Shown: one piece after another, positions 63,435 to 64,000 of the stretch
Layout of the letters: every line of letters starts with the position of its first letter
How positions within the stretch are numbered: the first letter of the stretch is position 1
NCBI GenBank assembly: GCA_018238155.1
Contig: JABCTZ010000018.1
Span: forward strand, 30,885 to 94,884
Direction: 5' to 3'
Origin: Candidatus Heimdallarchaeota archaeon
Lineage (GTDB): Archaea; Asgardarchaeota; Heimdallarchaeia; JABLTI01
DNA length: 64,000 nucleotides
Notes under the pieces: generated by a model
Databases searched by the model: none
The model's input: the letters and a program-made list of their open reading frames with translations, nothing else
Told to the model about the DNA's origin: nothing
Program-made: the position numbers and the translations under genes

Positions 63435-64000
63435 TTATTTTCTTCTTTTCTCAATAAACAAAACAGAAATCAATACAATTGATAGTATTCCTGAGAGACC
63501 AATGATACTTGTGGTAATCGGAAGATTATTGGTCTGTGTGGTGCTAGGAGTTAATGGAGGAGGTCTAGGTTGATTCCAGCCAGCTAACGTTGCCCATAAC
63601 CACCATGCCGCATATGCTTTCTGATTGGCATTTAATGGTTCGCTATGTGCAGAACTGCAAGTATACCATTCATTTGGATTAGCTGCTTGCCAGTCTAAGG
63701 CCCAATTGGCATCTCGAATTGAATCATTATTTGAATCGTATGCACAAGTATCAGTAACTAATTTATCGCCATAATAGTAACCATCGGGATCGTAACACTC
63801 GATATCATAAAAGTCAAACAATATCTTACCATTTGTTTCACAATGATCTCTAATTTGCTGATTTCGGAGATGTACAGATCCTTCTAAACCGCCACCATTA
63901 GAATGTCCTGTCATATAAACAAAATCTATCTCAGGATAATCTTCTTCTAAACCTACCATTAAACTAATGTAAGTTTCAATATCTGCAATAGAGCCACCCA
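63435..64000 (-). CDS. Surface-anchored SGNH-like hydrolase, copy 2 (5' end beyond window)
   Basis: Near-identical to the C-terminal half of the 60023 gene; the frame is open to the window edge. Confidence 0.75.
   Translation of the reverse strand, partial: GGSIADIETYISLMVGLEEDYPEIDFVYMTGHSNGGGLEGSVHLRNQQIRDHCETNGKILFDFYDIECYDPDGYYYGDKLVTDTCAYDSNNDSIRDANWALDWQAANPNEWYTCSSAHSEPLNANQKAYAAWWLWATLAGWNQPRPPPLTPSTTQTNNLPITTSIIGLSGILSIVLISVLFIEKRRK

Noticed and set aside
1-64000. tRNA or rRNA genes, selenoprotein TGA readthrough
   Set aside because: No cloverleaf/T-loop or extended GC-rich segments seen by eye, and no TGA noticed at a catalytic Cys position.

Overview
AT-rich archaeal chromosomal segment, most consistent with an Asgard archaeon (Heimdallarchaeia-like). 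This lineage call is an inference from BRE/TATA promoters, a TPR protein with a C-terminal longin-like domain, membrane-anchored RING-like proteins, LRR proteins and many single-pass surface proteins. I saw no rRNA, tRNA, CRISPR array or intact mobile element. The window holds about 45 genes. (i) Bacterial-type fatty-acyl lipid genes: plsY, two DegV/FakB paralogues, and a three-gene operon of a MelB/MFSD2-like MFS transporter, an adenylate-forming enzyme and a bacterial-ceramide-synthase/YghO-like double GNAT. This operon is the best candidate for an undescribed system. (ii) An operon of an RlmN-like radical SAM enzyme lacking the resolving Cys, a cysteine hydrolase and a CxxC-less TrxB-like flavoprotein, preceded by a structured leader. 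(iii) DNA-damage and genotoxin genes: YcaQ/AlkZ, SWIM+SNF2, and a TrmO-like/alpha-toroid/GyrI/UvrA2 operon with a perfect palindromic operator. (iv) A surface-protein array (Fn3-like, propeller, LVIVD + Ca-binding repeats, SGNH-like), several members sharing an LPIxxSIIG-TM-(E/D)KRR C-terminal signal. (v) Many signs of decay or rearrangement: two fused-gene junctions, orphan anchor tails, and three membrane genes whose natural start is one base out of frame at a 5' poly-A tract. All functional calls rest on motif recognition by eye; no searches were run.
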